A DNA stretch of 64,000 nt from NCBI GenBank assembly GCA_002269645.1, contig NIVC01003977.1, forward strand, positions 2,880 to 66,879. The letters are read 5' to 3'. The notes under the pieces were generated by a model. That model saw only the letters and a program-made list of their open reading frames with translations, made no database searches and had not been told where the DNA came from. Positions 23,354 to 55,779 of the stretch are shown here, piece by piece (position 1 is the stretch's first letter; each line of letters begins with the position of its first letter). The stretch is from Macrostomum lignano (Eukaryota). The position numbers were made by a program, and so were the translations under genes.

Positions 23354-25379
23354 TGTATGTACTTTACATGCTTTCATATATTCTTAAAGGATTCTATTGA
23401 AGGGAATATGCACTTATAATTTGCTGATTTAGCTATATATTCAAAAGAGGAACTGCGTATACTCAAAAAAGGTATATGCACATGTACATGTACATGTTAT
23501 TTAGTAGGAGCTTTTCAGGCGCTTTTTTATTTAAAACCCTTTAATTCTGCAGATGGAGTTAACACCCGAGCTCAAATCCCCCAAAATTTCCAAAATATGT
23601 ACGTACATGTATGCAAGTGGAAGGAATATAATTACAAATTAGACACACTGTAGAAATAATTGTAAATTTATACAAGCATGCAACCTCTTATGATAAAGCT
23701 AAGCTCGTATTCTTTTTAAACGAATACATTAAGGTCAGTTAATATATGTACACGGGAGACACGGGCACTCGTACATACTACAGTACATCTGCTTTTGCAT
23801 GTAGAATCCTACATGCTATTTGCTTTTAAGTTTCCCCCAATAATTTCAGATTTTTAGTCACTAATGTCGCCGTTAAGAGACATCTTTTTAGGTACTTGTG
23901 CGAAAGTTTGATTAAATTTCAATTTTAGCTTCTGACTTCGGTTTATAACTCCGCAAAAATCGTTGCCATAGAACTATTTAGTTTCATAACGAAACACAAA
24001 ATTTAGCGTCGTAAATCAAAATATTTCTCTTAAAGTAAGAACGAACTTATTAACGAATCTAAACATACCTATTAGGGCTTATTAATGCTTAATTTATATT
24101 ATACTATCGGTTTTTTAGCCAGAAATTATTTGGTATACAAGTTGACAATGAACCCATTTTCGTTTGAATTATTAAACTATGGCTGGGTTAATTTCATGTG
24201 TAAAAATAGACACACAAGAAGCATTAGTTTGTCTAGCATTTATTGACACGGTATTACAAGCCCTTTTTTGTTAATCATTCATTTAAGACACTTGCTGCGA
24301 TTACTGTGAACAATTTTTCAAGTCGTAGAATACCGGCAGAGAAATTCCTCATCCACGGGAAAAGGGGTAGGTGACTTACTTACTATTTCGTTTAAAATAT
24401 ATATAATACATTGTACAAATTCACTTGCATTTTTATTAAAATACAGGAATTTATCATCTGTATGCAGAGACCTAATACAGTTTCGCTTGATATAACACGT
24501 ACCTTACTCCTGACATACTTGATGGGTAATCTGTGACCAGGCCCCATTACATTAGCTCTATTTCGATTTAAACATAGTGAGCTGCAGAAAATATTTTTCA
24601 AAATTTAAACAATTGCGTTGTTTACTCGTTTTCCCTAACTTTTTCAACTAGTTTAATTTAATTCACACCCAATCTAAAAATCTTTGCACAAAAACCTGTA
24701 ATTTAATATCCAGTCCAGATGGTCCCAGACACATTAGCTTTCATTAAGTTAGTCGATGCTTTTGTAAAATTTTTAGTTATTGGTATAAAAACTATAAGCA
24801 CGTTTCAATAAAAGCTGCTAGTTACCCTAAATAACTTAAAACAAAAAATTTAGTACAAAATAATTAGTACTAAAAATAACAATTTTATAATGTTTTCAAG
24901 TCAGGTTGAATCAGGCTTCAAACAAAAAACAACTTTGCCTTTTGCTAAAGATAATTTTTAGTTGACAGCTATAAATTGTAGCCAATTGTGTCCTCAGACT
25001 TACAAAAGATTATAGTCGATAATTGGTGCTTTGAGTTCCTATTCAGTTTTAAAAGTCACATCATGTTGTACAATAGGTCCAAACAGAAAAAAATACCATA
25101 TAATTTTTAACAGGAGCAGATTCGGGTGACTGCTCGATCGAATTACTTATGAATATAAAAGCAATAAAAATGCTGAAGAATAAAGAAAGCATTCAATGAT
25201 ATAAACTACTAAATAGATTATGAAACTTGCAAATCTGCACATTTCTTTTGGTGGCTGTTTTATGTATCGAAGCATATTTTGCAAACCATAGGAGTTTCAC
25301 CATAGACAAACTGAGTTAATAAACATCCGCTTAAAACTACGAGCTACACTAAAGGAAAAAGAGAATTAGCTGAATTTCA

Positions 25380-25900
25380 CCGGAACTTTGACCTAAGAAC
25401 CTCGTGAATTATTGTAGCCTCAGAAGAAACGCATCAGGAATGATTCCGGAAGGTTTTGATATTCACAAAACTACTTAAATTGTGAAACGGTAGTGCAGAA
25501 GGTGAATTTAGTGCTAATACTCGTATCGCAGTTTTCTGTGCTGAGGAACTTGCAATTTGGAAATGCCATCGGAGACCGGCAAGCAAGCAAAGTTCCAGAT
25601 AAATTTCAGCTGTCCCTGTCTCTGTAGTTCATTTCTCCAAGCCTGGATTCTTCTCTACCGGATTTGTCTATGGTAAAACCCCATTCAGCGCTTTGCGTAA
25701 TCCGTTAAAAAAAACAGCTGTATATTCTGTTCATGAGTGCAGGGTTCCGCCCGTAGCACTGTTCGGTTCGGTTTATCCAATGGGGCGCTCGCAGCGATGC
25801 CATTGGCCAGTGCAGCAGCAGTTGCCGTTCATAAATAGTTGCCCATCTCACAGTGGCCTCCCCAAGTCTCCCTGCCCCAACTCAAGCTGCGTGCACTTCT
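25380..25900 (-). pseudogene. Possible decayed pogo/Tigger-like (CENP-B-type HTH) transposase fragment
   Basis: Broken frames give RTVL...AEWGFTIDK. A 32-nt stretch (25660-25691, reverse-complement) is 30/32 identical to 55876-55907. The family assignment is inferred from a short motif only. Confidence 0.3.
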
Positions 25901-27005
25901 CGAACTCAACTCGCTTGTCTGTCATCATCTTGGCCGAAGAAGCAGCTGAGAGTCAGTCTCCAAGCACTCTTGAGCACTCTTAGCTTTGAGAGTAGCCGGA
26001 TCCGACTTTTGCCAGCATCCGTTCTACAGCTCCATCCGAGAAACCTTGTCGTTTCTTTCTCGAACTTTGGTATAGTTCGGGAGACTTGCAGCCCAGAATC
26101 CAGGCACCCCGGGGCGCTCAGTTTGACTCGAATCGGGAAGCCCAGATGTGGTTGTCAAGCCAGTACAACTCGCAGCCAAATCAAGATGCTCAACGAAGGA
26201 AGCCGAGGTAATAAATAATAAAAAACTTGTGGAAGCTGGTTTTCCTACTGGATACGCAGGATCGGCTGAGTCTTAGCAACTTTGATAACTCAATAAATTT
26301 AAGCTGCTGAGGCAACGCCATCCTTATCGATTTGAGCTCCCTTGTCGGCTAAGATATCGCGACCGATTTTCCAGCAATTTGTACTTTCTGATCGCCTGGA
26401 ATCAGCTGACTAACCAATTCACACCTTCCTTCCTTCATCTCGTCCTGCCAACCCCCCCCCCATGGAAGCTGCCACCCCGCCATTCCCAAGCACGCTCGAC
26501 TGCCTCCTCTGCTGCTGCTGCCGCAGCCGCCGCAGGCTGGCCGGACAGCCGCAGCGGCCTCCGCTGGCCCACCGGGCGACTGCGGCTGCAGCAGCTGCGG
26601 CTCCGCTGCCGTGCCAGCGTCTGGGCCAGCACCGGTGCCAATACCTGTGCCAAAACCTGCGCCAGCAACTATGCCGTCAGTCAGTTTGAATTGGCGCCAG
26701 CAGCGGACCAGGTATCGAACCGTTTGGTTCCAAATTCCAATGGCCGCAGAGATCGGCTCTCCATAGAGCAGACCTGCCATAGTTACAAGTCAATTATTAG
26801 CTTATCTAAAAATTAGCGTTGTAATTGCCCGGCTGTCAAGGACTGCTATTGAGTACAGAATTTGACTGGAAACTGTCACAATAAAATCTGGAGAGATGTT
26901 TTCTATAAACTAACCTCTCTAAGCTGATGGCACTTACATTATTTTGCATCCTTGTTCCGAAGAGGGAGACTGACAATTGGACTGCTGCAGTTTGACTGCC
27001 GAAGA

Positions 27006-27431
27006 TTTAGGTTTAGGTTTAGGTTTAGGTTTAGGTTAGGGTTTAGATTCAGGTTTAGGTTAGGGTTTAGGTTTATGGTTTAGGTTTAGGTTAGGGTATA
27101 GGTTTAGGTTTAGGTTAGGGTATAGGTTTAGGTTTAGGTTAGGGTTTAGGTTTAGGTTAGGGTTTAGGTTTAGGTTAGGGTTTAGGTTTAGGTTAGGGTT
27201 TAGGTTTAGGTTAGGGTATAGGTTTAGGTTTGAGTTTAGTTTTAGGTTAGGGTTTAGGTTTAGGTTTAGGTTAGGGTTTAGGTTTAGGTTAGGGTTTAGG
27301 TTTAGGTTAGGGTATAGGTTTAGGTTTGAGTTTAGTTTTAGGTTAGGGTTTAGGTTTAGGTTTAGGTTAGGGTTTAGGTTTAGGTTTGAGTTTAGGTTTG
27401 GGTTTAGGTTTGGGTTTAGGTTTAGGTTAGG
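27006..27431 (+). repeat. Interstitial telomere-like array (TTAGGG / TTTAGG mix)
   Basis: Directly visible. Bracketed by inverted 11-mers TTGACTGCCGA (26992-27002) and TCGGCAGTCAA (27432-27442). Confidence 0.95.
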
Positions 27432-29003
27432 TCGGCAGTCAATTATGGGTAGATCCTTCTGAAGATGGTAAATTAGTACATGATTAAAAAATCGGCCTCA
27501 AAAAGATTTCCCGGAAATTCCAAGTTGCTGAGTCTTTTCCTTCTACTGTGACTATAAAAAGAAGTCCTGGACAGCTCCGTGTGATAACTTAATTGTCGTG
27601 CATTGTGTGAATATTTGTGCAATTTGTGCACCCACAGAGAGGGCGGCTGAAACAGTTATAAAAATCCGTATAATAGCTGGTCTCTGTATATACCGAATAT
27701 GTGGCTCATTGATAATGGAGATCAATGACACAATGATGCCCATCAGTTTATTAAGATATCTGCAAGTATATTAAATGCTTTCAATTCAAGCTTCAATCAA
27801 TGTACATCAGAATACTTTCAAGTACATTGGGATGCCCTCAATGTACATTGAATGCCTTAAAGCACTGGAACTATAATACACTCATACCCCTGCACTGCAG
27901 TTGGCTATTTATTGGAGTTATGGATTATATAAATAACTCGCATACACAGGCAAATATTTTCTGTTTCGCTTCAATCCCGCTTTATTTTTTGTGCATAAAA
28001 AGCCAGTTTTTTCATTTATAGCAATGCATGAAATCCCTATTTATGCACCGTTGCCGCGGTGAAGTCAGCCAGCCCGCATGCGGCTTATTTTTGTTGAAGA
28101 ATCTTTCAAAAGCAAAAAGCAGAAGCAGAAAGCAAAAAGCTTTCCTACAGAGCCAAATGCGAGTATTAAGTCCCAAGGTATTATCCCATGCCATTAATCC
28201 CGCATTTCAGAGCTCACTAACAAGTTGAACAATTCCAAAGCTCATCCGACGCAGTACAGGTGAAGTCGTAAATTCGAATCTAACTTGCCCCCCCCCTCCA
28301 TGTGGACTTCCTACTTACTAACTATTCGAACTAGCTTCTTCTTCTATCGAGTTAAAAATATTTCTATTTATAGCTTTCATCTCGGGGAAACACTGTGTGC
28401 CCCATCTTGTTCGGCCTTCAATCTGTATAGAAGTGTGCAGACCTGACTGTAAGCCTAATTTAAACATGTATTCGACTACCCTTTGAAGTGACTTCTTAAG
28501 AGTCCTTTTGATCTCTCTCTGTCGTAGCTGTGTAGACTTTTTTGTGGTTTAGAACTGGCTAAGGAGGTCTTGAGTTATGCTATGGCGTGAGGATCTTGCC
28601 GAGTTCCTCTTTCCCTTGGCTCTACGCTCGTATAAATGCTTGGTTATTACTAACTACTATTGTTAGGTATTGACACAATGACCGCTAAACGGAAATGCAT
28701 TGGATAGGATTTTTAACTTCTGCATACCAAAGATATAATATACGAGCTAATAACGATAATTGGGTTGGGATCTTGTATTATCCTGTCAATATTTTCTTAG
28801 GCTTAATAAAATTTGCAGCTATGGACTTTTGAAATTCAAGATTTCCCTAAATATTCAACTGTTTTGCACTATAAGTTTTCGCCACTTAGCGCGCCTGCTA
28901 TCTTCGCCTAAATTGATGTTGTTCCACCAGCGCTTGTAGCCTGCTCTCTGTCAGTGCTTTATTTGAAAGCAAAAACTGCAGTAAAATTAAAATTAAAATG
29001 TAA

Positions 29004-39822
<10,819 letters not shown>

Positions 39823-40899
39823 TTTAGAACAGAGCTTAGCCAGCAGCTGTTTGCATGCAGATACTCAACTCAACTTTCACCTTTTTATGTCGTTCTCTAA
39901 CTTTCCTTCTTTAGTAGATTCACAATGGTGTTTGAACCAGTGTGTGTTTGCGTGTTTTGATTAACTTGAGTCCAGCACAATTACCTACATAATAATGGAC
40001 TCGCATCTGGCACTTTTTGAACGATATAAGATTTATCATGCATTTTCTCCTTTCATCAGATCTGACTTTGCACTGCTCGTCGGAGTTTGTTTCTTTTACT
40101 GCTTCTCTTCTGCTTTCAACCGATCGACCAAGGCTGAGCGCAGACCTGCCTGTCCAGAGATCGATGCCCGGGGTCTGCGCTTATTCACTCTGTTGTAAAC
40201 TTTTAACTGCGATTAGTGCAGAAATTATAAGCATTGCCGATTGCTTGGGATGGATACTAAGGTGTACTGACTGCCTGCCAGACTGTCAGACACCACAGGC
40301 GGGCAGACTTTCCCTATTTTCCTGACTTTCCCTAACACAAGAAGATACTTTTCAATTGACAATCCTATGCAATTTCTCTTCAACAGAATTTCAGACGCAC
40401 CTGCTTGCGTTTGAATCAGAAAGCTGTTTAGTCGCTAAAAACATTCCTTCTGTTTTCTGGATTTTTAGTGAAAACAAAAAGTTTTTCTGTTTTACTCTCT
40501 GTTCGCACTACTGATATTAGTAGAGTTGTAAGTAACATTTTACTGCCGCATGGATTTGCTGTGAGATTTAATTCGATTGTTTTTCTCAAAACAAAGCACC
40601 TTCACCTGTCACCAGCAGCTTAGTGCACCAGGAAAGCATGTCAGTTTGTCAATTCTTCTCTTGTCAGGAATTAATTTGTTAATTACAAATTTGTTGTTGT
40701 TTGCGTACATAATATACAAGCTATTGGTGCGGGTTGCCAACTGAATATGAATATACTTATTATTAATAGCACTGTAATCAACTATTGTAACTCCTACATA
40801 TTTTTAATTTTGTCTTAACTGTATTTTTCAATTCGAAGCTCTTCAGTCTGCTTCAAATAAATTTTCATAAATTTTCACTTACCGCAAAATACACATCAT

Positions 40900-42352
40900 A
40901 AGAGTTGCCATTACCTGAAGCTACGGGTCCCAAGAGTTGCCATTGCCTGAAGCTACGGGTCCCAAGAGTTGCCATTGCCTGAATCTACGGGTCACAAGAT
41001 TTGCCATTACCTGAAGCTACGGGTCCCAAGAGTTGCCATTACCTGAAGCTACGGGTCCCAAGAGTTGCCATTGCCTGAAGCTACGGGTCCCAAGAGTTGC
41101 CATTGCCTGAAGCTACGGGTCCCAAGAGTTGCCATTGCCTGAATCTACGGGTCCCAAGAGTTGCCATTACCTGAAGCTACTGGCCCCAAGAGTTGCCATT
41201 ACCTGAAGCTACGGATCCCAAGAGTTGCCATTACCTGAAGCTACGGGTCCCAAGAGTTGCCATTACCTGAAGCTACGGATCCCAAGAGTTGCCATTACCT
41301 GAAGCTACGGGTCCCAAGAGTTGCCATTACCTGAAGCTACGGATCCCAAGAGTTGCCATTACCTGAAGCTACGGGTCCCAAGAGTTGCCATTACCTGAAG
41401 CTACGGATCCCAAGAGTTGCCATTACCTGAAGCTACGGGTCCCAAGAGTTGCCATTGCCTGAAGCTACGGGTCCCAAGAGTTGCCATTACCTGAAGCTAC
41501 GGGTCCCAAGAGTTGCCATTACCTGAAGCTACGGGTCCCAAGAGTTGCCATTACCTAAAGCTACGGGTCCCAAGAGTTGCCATTACCTGAAGCTACGGGT
41601 CCCAAGAGTTGCCATTACCTGAAGCTACGGATCCCAAGAGTTGCCATTGCCTGAAGCTACGGGTCCCAAGAGTTGCCATTGCCTGAAGCTACGGGTCCCA
41701 AGAGTTGCCATTGCCTGAATCTACGGGTCCCAAGAGTTGCCATTACCTGAAGCTACTGGCCCCAAGAGTTGCCATTACCTGAAGCTACGGGTCCCAAGAG
41801 TTGCCATTACCTGAAGCTACGGATCCCAAGAGTTGCCATTACCTGAAGCTACGGGTCCCAAGAGTTGCCATTACCTGAAGCTACGGGTCCCAAGAGTTGC
41901 CATTACCTGAAGCTACTGGCCCCAAGAGTTGCCATTACCTGAAGCTACGGGTCCCAAGAGTTGCCATTACCTGAAGCTACGGATCCCAAGAGTTGCCATT
42001 ACCTGAAGCTACGGGTCCCAAGAGTTGCCATTACCTGAAGCTACGGGTCCCAAGAGTTGCCATTACCTGAAGCTACGGGTCCCAAGAGTTGCCATTACCT
42101 GAAGCTACGGATCCCAAGAGTTGCCATTACCTGAAGCTACGGGTCCCAAGAGTTGCCATTACCTGAAGCTACGGGTCCCAAGAGTTGCCATTACCTGAAG
42201 CTACGGATCCCAAGAGTTGCCATTACCTGAAGCTACGGGTCCCAAGAGTTGCCATTACCTGAGGCTACGGGTCCCAAGAGTTGCCATTACCTGAGGCTAC
42301 GGATCCCAAGAGTTGCCATTGCCTGAAGCTACGGATCCCAAGAGTTGCCACT
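40900..42352. repeat. Homogeneous ~32-bp minisatellite (AGAGTTGCCATTACCTGAAGCTACGGGTCCCA)n
   Basis: Visible array of about 1.45 kb. Confidence 0.97.
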
Positions 42353-43180
42353 TTTCACATCTTTCCGCAGAAGCAGCAGATAGTGACACAAGTGTTGATA
42401 GAAGTCATATCTTATACAAAATCTAAAGCACTTTGCCACACAACTCCATACAGACTTCTTAAAGCAGAAAGAAACCACACAGGAACGGCTGCAAGTGCTC
42501 AGTCGCTCAATGACAGACAGAACGTGATCAAGCTCGCGTGCCAGTCTCTCCAGCAGTCAGCCCATTGTCCATGAAGGGGCAAAGCGAACGCCTCTTTCTC
42601 CCCAGTGCATTGGGAGCCGTGCTGAGGTGCCCGACAAGAGAGCAGAGGAGAGGGCGCGAAGGCCGGGAGAGTCTAGCAGTGGATGAGGAGAATCTCAATC
42701 TTGCCGCCGCCTCCTAATTGGGGCGAGCCAGTCTTCATTAGCGCCGTGCCTTCGTCTCTCTTCGACACCCCCCGTTCCACTCGGGCTCCTTCACCTTCTC
42801 CGACTCACTCTGCCGCTTCTGCTGCCCGGTCTTCGCTTCGAGCTTCGGGCGGCGGGCGGGCGGCGAGGCTCGAGTGGCTCGGGCTTCACGTCCGGATTCG
42901 AGCGAGTTGCTGAGAAGGGCAGTTTACGAGCTAGAATAGAAAAAAGTTTCTGTTCAACCTTTGACTAAATAAGTGCCTGTTCGGTAGAGCGGATGGGGGA
43001 AGCCGGGAGGATCATACGGGGGGATTTATTTCTGCGAGAAATTATTGGGAAGCGGATGAGGGTGCGAGACTTCGTTCACGTTTGGAATTTTGGGACTTTC
43101 GTCCCCGAAGCCGCGGATTGAGGGGAACTGCCAGAAAAATGTTAAGATAGAATGATTGACGAATATGAGGAGAGCCGGGG

Positions 43181-43995
<815 letters not shown>

Positions 43996-44190
43996 TGGAT
44001 GGGATCTACTTTGAAGTTGCAGTACTCACAATATGAAAAAAGCATTCTGTGAGTCATGAAGAGTACTGGCAGTTTGATCAATCCATCCTCTCTCACCCAT
44101 TCGCCACTAGGAAGCAGTCGAGCCAATGACAATCCCTCTGCAGTCCTCTCTTCTCCATAAGCCGGAGTCCTCGAGGCCATTCTTTTGAAA

Positions 44191-44436
44191 ATGTTAAGAG
44201 CAGACGCGAACGGAGACGCAACTTCAAACCGTTGTCAAGGCAACGCGATGGATTTGCAGGAGATGGATTTTGAAGCGCCGCTGGCGGAGCCAGAGATGTC
44301 GCCAACGCGTTGCCAGCAGCAGCAGCAGCAGCCCACTGATGAAGTTTTAATTTACCAAGCCAAGTTTCGCATAGAGGACGCGCTGAGCGATCTCAATCGG
44401 ACCAGCTCGCTCAAGATGGAGGCGGCCGGTCATAAG
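44191..44436 (+). CDS. Putative first coding exon of the SLC9B-like gene
   Basis: ATG at 44191, GC-rich codon-like sequence (MLRADANG...MEAAGHK) and donor AAG|GTTTGT in phase 0, which matches the phase-0 acceptor at 47674. The link is inferred, with no homology support. Confidence 0.45.
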
Positions 44437-44789
44437 GTTTGTTCACAAGGTCGTCATTTCTATTGGTATGGGCTATGGACTATAATATGATGCAGCCAGC
44501 TCAGACTCTGTCTCTAGGCGGACAGGCTGATGAAACTCGAAGTCGCTTTGTCCTCCCCCGTCCTTTCTTTCTTGAGCTCACGTCTTCTTTCATCAATTTG
44601 AGCTGGAAGAGTGCCTCCTGTCTCAGTGGCTGTTTACGCCTAATGAGCTGCTCACAGCTGAGCCCCACTGCTCAGGGATGGCGGCAAAGTAGATTCCATC
44701 TTCTCTGAGTTGTTTGTCTCACTATAGATGAATTGAGTTTGTAATGACTGAATTGGTAATTGGGTTTGTTGGCTGTGAGATCTAGACTC

Positions 44790-45020
44790 AAGGTGATGAG
44801 AGTCAGTGGGTGATGAGAGTCAGTGGGTGATGAGAGTCAGTGGGTGATGAGAGTCAGTGGGTGATGAGAGTCAGTGGGTGATGAGAGTCAGTGGGTGATG
44901 AGAGTCAGTGGGTGATGAGAGTCAGTGGTGATGAGAGTCAGTGGGTGATGAGAGTCAGTGGGTGATGAGAGTCAGTGGGTGATGAGAGTCAGTGGGTGAT
45001 GAGAGTCAGTGGGTGATGAG
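44790..45020. repeat. 17-bp minisatellite (GGGTGATGAGAGTCAGT)n
   Basis: Visible array. Confidence 0.95.
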
Positions 45021-46184
45021 ATTATGGCAGGTCGCAGCTCCCACCCTGCATTTCTACCCCAGCTCGGGGCTTCCAGCCAATCAAAGCAGGGTAAACTGAA
45101 GCTGAATTTCCCACTCGCTCACAGTCACTTCCTCGAGAATTAACCCACTAAAGGCGACCAACTCTGCCAAAGTTTTTATTCTCACCGAGTTCGCTTCATT
45201 GATTTCAAAGACTGGTCAACCCGATCAAGAGCGGGTCCGGCCTGCCTGCTTTGGCATCGCATTTCGTATTCTCACCGCGAGCTTGGCATCTGGGTGCTCG
45301 TTTGCTGTCCGAGATGTCCCTCTCAGATGAAGAGCAGCACCCATCGATCCATCTGTTGGTCAGGTTTCGCGGGCTGATTGTTGTTGGGGTAATTCAAACA
45401 GCATCTTCCCTGCCATCTCTGGCTCCACGTGATCTGCCAAGGAGACCGTGAAGCAGTATCGAGCAACCTTTCCAACAATGGGTCATAAATTCAGTTTGAT
45501 GCAGATTATGACATCGAAAAGAATTGCGATGCAGAAAAGGTTTCCATTTGTCAGTAGACTTTCATCGGCAATGATCTCATTTTGATTGAAGCAATTATTA
45601 TAGATCTGTCTTGTAGTCTCTGGTGAGGGGCAGTCCTGGCTAGCGAAACGGACACTTCCCTGATTTTTATGTGCGCCTTAGTGAGCTATCAGCCGTTAGC
45701 CCTTTAGAGAGAAGAGTTGGCGTGCCAGACCCTGGTTCAAGGTCTCCTTGGACCTACCCATAGGGTTAGACTTGAACTGGTAGACACAGACAGCAGGTCA
45801 CGGTGAGTGGGCGGCGCGCTCTATCCCAAGCCCAAGGCGGCTCACAGCCACAGACGCCGAGTAATTCGATCTGATGGCGCTGAAAATTCTCCCCATCTCT
45901 CCGGGCATTTCGAATGCAGGATTAGAGTGGCCCGCGATGCTGCTGTACTCGGTGCATGCAGGCGCTCTTCCAGTCCAATTATTGTTCCGATGGCGACGCT
46001 ATTATATTCCGGGGCAGTTTTCTCACCTATTAAGATTGAGGGTCACGGCTCCCCCAGGGACACAGGACATGCGGGTCCACTGGGATCGGTTCACAAACTA
46101 TTGAAATTTTGCAGTATAGCTCGTAGAAGCCCATAGTTCACAAACTTGACTACAGAAACTGGAAACTTGGTAATTCACGCTCTC

Positions 46185-46825
46185 ACTCCCTCTCTGCCTC
46201 TCTCCCTATCCCACTAACTCTCACTTCTCCCTCTTCCTCTCCCTCTACCACTCCTCACTTTCCCTCTCCTTCTCTTCCTCTCTCTCACTCCCTCTCTGAC
46301 TCTTACTCCCTCTCATTCTTATTTTCCCTCTCCCTCTCGTTCTCCCTCTCACTCTCCCGCTACCTTTCACTCCTCCCTCTCTCTCACCCTCACTTCCCCC
46401 TTCACTCTCCCTCTCCCTCTTCATCTCCCTCCATCTCTCCCTCTCACTCTCCTTTTCACTCTCCTCACTCTCCCTCTCCCTCTCCCTCTACCTCTCCCTC
46501 TCACTCTCCTTCTCACTCTCCTTCTCACTCTCTTCACTCTCCCTCTCCCTCTCCCTCTACCTCTCCCTCTCCCTCTCACTCTCCTTCTCACTCTCCCTCT
46601 CCCTCTTCATCTCCCTCTACCTCTCCCTCTCCCTCTCACTCTCCTCACTCTCCCTCTCCCTCTACCTCTCTCTTTCACTCTCCTTCTCCCTCTCCCTCTT
46701 CCTCTTCATCTCCCTCTACCTCTCCCTTTCACTCTCCTTCTCACTCTCCCTCTCCCTCTTCATTTCCCTCAACCTCTCACTCTCAATCTCCTCACTCTCC
46801 CTCTACTCTCCCTCTCACTCTCATT
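46185..46825. repeat. CT-rich polypyrimidine low-complexity tract
   Basis: About 640 bp of CTCCCT/CTCTCA-type repeats. Confidence 0.93.
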
Positions 46826-47673
46826 CCAATTCTCGCTGTCAGACGGCCTGTGTTTGGCAGCCCCCATATTTCCGCAGCATTTCCACGGAAAGCCCATCGG
46901 ACTTGAAGCGCCAGCAGCCACAGAGTTCGCATTCATCAGCCGCCTGCCTGCCTATAGCGCCGGATCGAAACAGGCGGCCATCTTTTAATTCTCTCACATC
47001 GACCGATTCCAGAATTGGGAGCCGCAGGGACGCAGACAGAGCGGGGGATTAGGCTTAAGCCCGGCAGCAGATGGGGACACCCAAGCCAATCTGTCATTGC
47101 CTCCAGCTAGCATTCCCCGATTGCATGGTAAATTGGGAGTTCACAACTCTTCTAGTCTGGGGGGGGGCAGAAGTTATTGTGGTGCGCTGCGGCCGTTGCG
47201 GCGGCTCTGAGGCGCGTCGGCGTGCGCAAAGATTGCGTTCGCGCGCCAAACTGCAGATAATTGCTGCCGATGCTGTTGGACTTTTCTTTTGCTCCTCCTT
47301 CTCATCCTCCTCATCCTCCTCTCTCTTCTGGGCAGCTGCGGGTTGATTGATCTGGCGTCTGAGAAAATAAATTGCTTTTTCGAGCCGCATCGGCTTTTCA
47401 TTGAGCCTCTGGCCGGGCTCGGCGACAAGCGAGTCACCAACGCGGCCTGGACCCTTCAAGTTAGTGCGGGAGGTGCAGCTCTGTTGACTCGGCCTGTCGG
47501 TTGACGCCGGTGCCCCACGGATCCCGCACCCTGTGGCGCTGCTATCATTTTTTTCTTACTGAACAGATTTCGACTGCGTATTTCATTCTTTTTGTTGTTC
47601 ACAACTCATCGGGAGTCGAACCCCCTTCTGCTCATGGAAACTCAGCGAGATTCGAACCCCCTCCCGCCCGCAG

Positions 47674-55393
<7,720 letters not shown>

Positions 55394-55779
55394 ATCAGCG
55401 GCGCTCGCTCCCTGATCGTAGCGTGCAGCTACGCGGTCTGCCCATAGGAAACAGCAAAGCAAATTTTATCAGAAAATGAAAATGTTCAGTTATGAAGCTC
55501 GGCACACGGAGTGGCAGTATAGTGTCCTTAACTACAATAAAAGACCATTGCCCATCTAATGGTCAAGTAACATTCGTATAATTCAAAGATTATACTGTAT
55601 ATCAAAACAACAGACAGATAGACAGACTTCATCAAGGATTTTCCTTTGCACAATGCGTTATTGAGATAGGAGTTTTTTAGCTCCTATTTTCAGAACTGCT
55701 CATAAATTGACACTGTGTCCCTTCTGAACTTCCCAATTGCAAATGAAGCAAGTTTGTTTGGAAAAGGTTTGAAAAAAGT

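Noticed and set aside
27006-27431. True telomere or chromosome end
   Set aside because: The array is short, heterogeneous and internal, with ordinary genic sequence on both sides.
40900-42352. CRISPR-like regular ~32-bp repeats
   Set aside because: The units are directly adjacent with no unique spacers, there are no cas genes, and the context is eukaryotic.
47289-47504. Extra SLC9B exon ending at CAA|GTTAGT
   Set aside because: The donor is plausible, but no ATG or phase-compatible acceptor was found and there is no family similarity.
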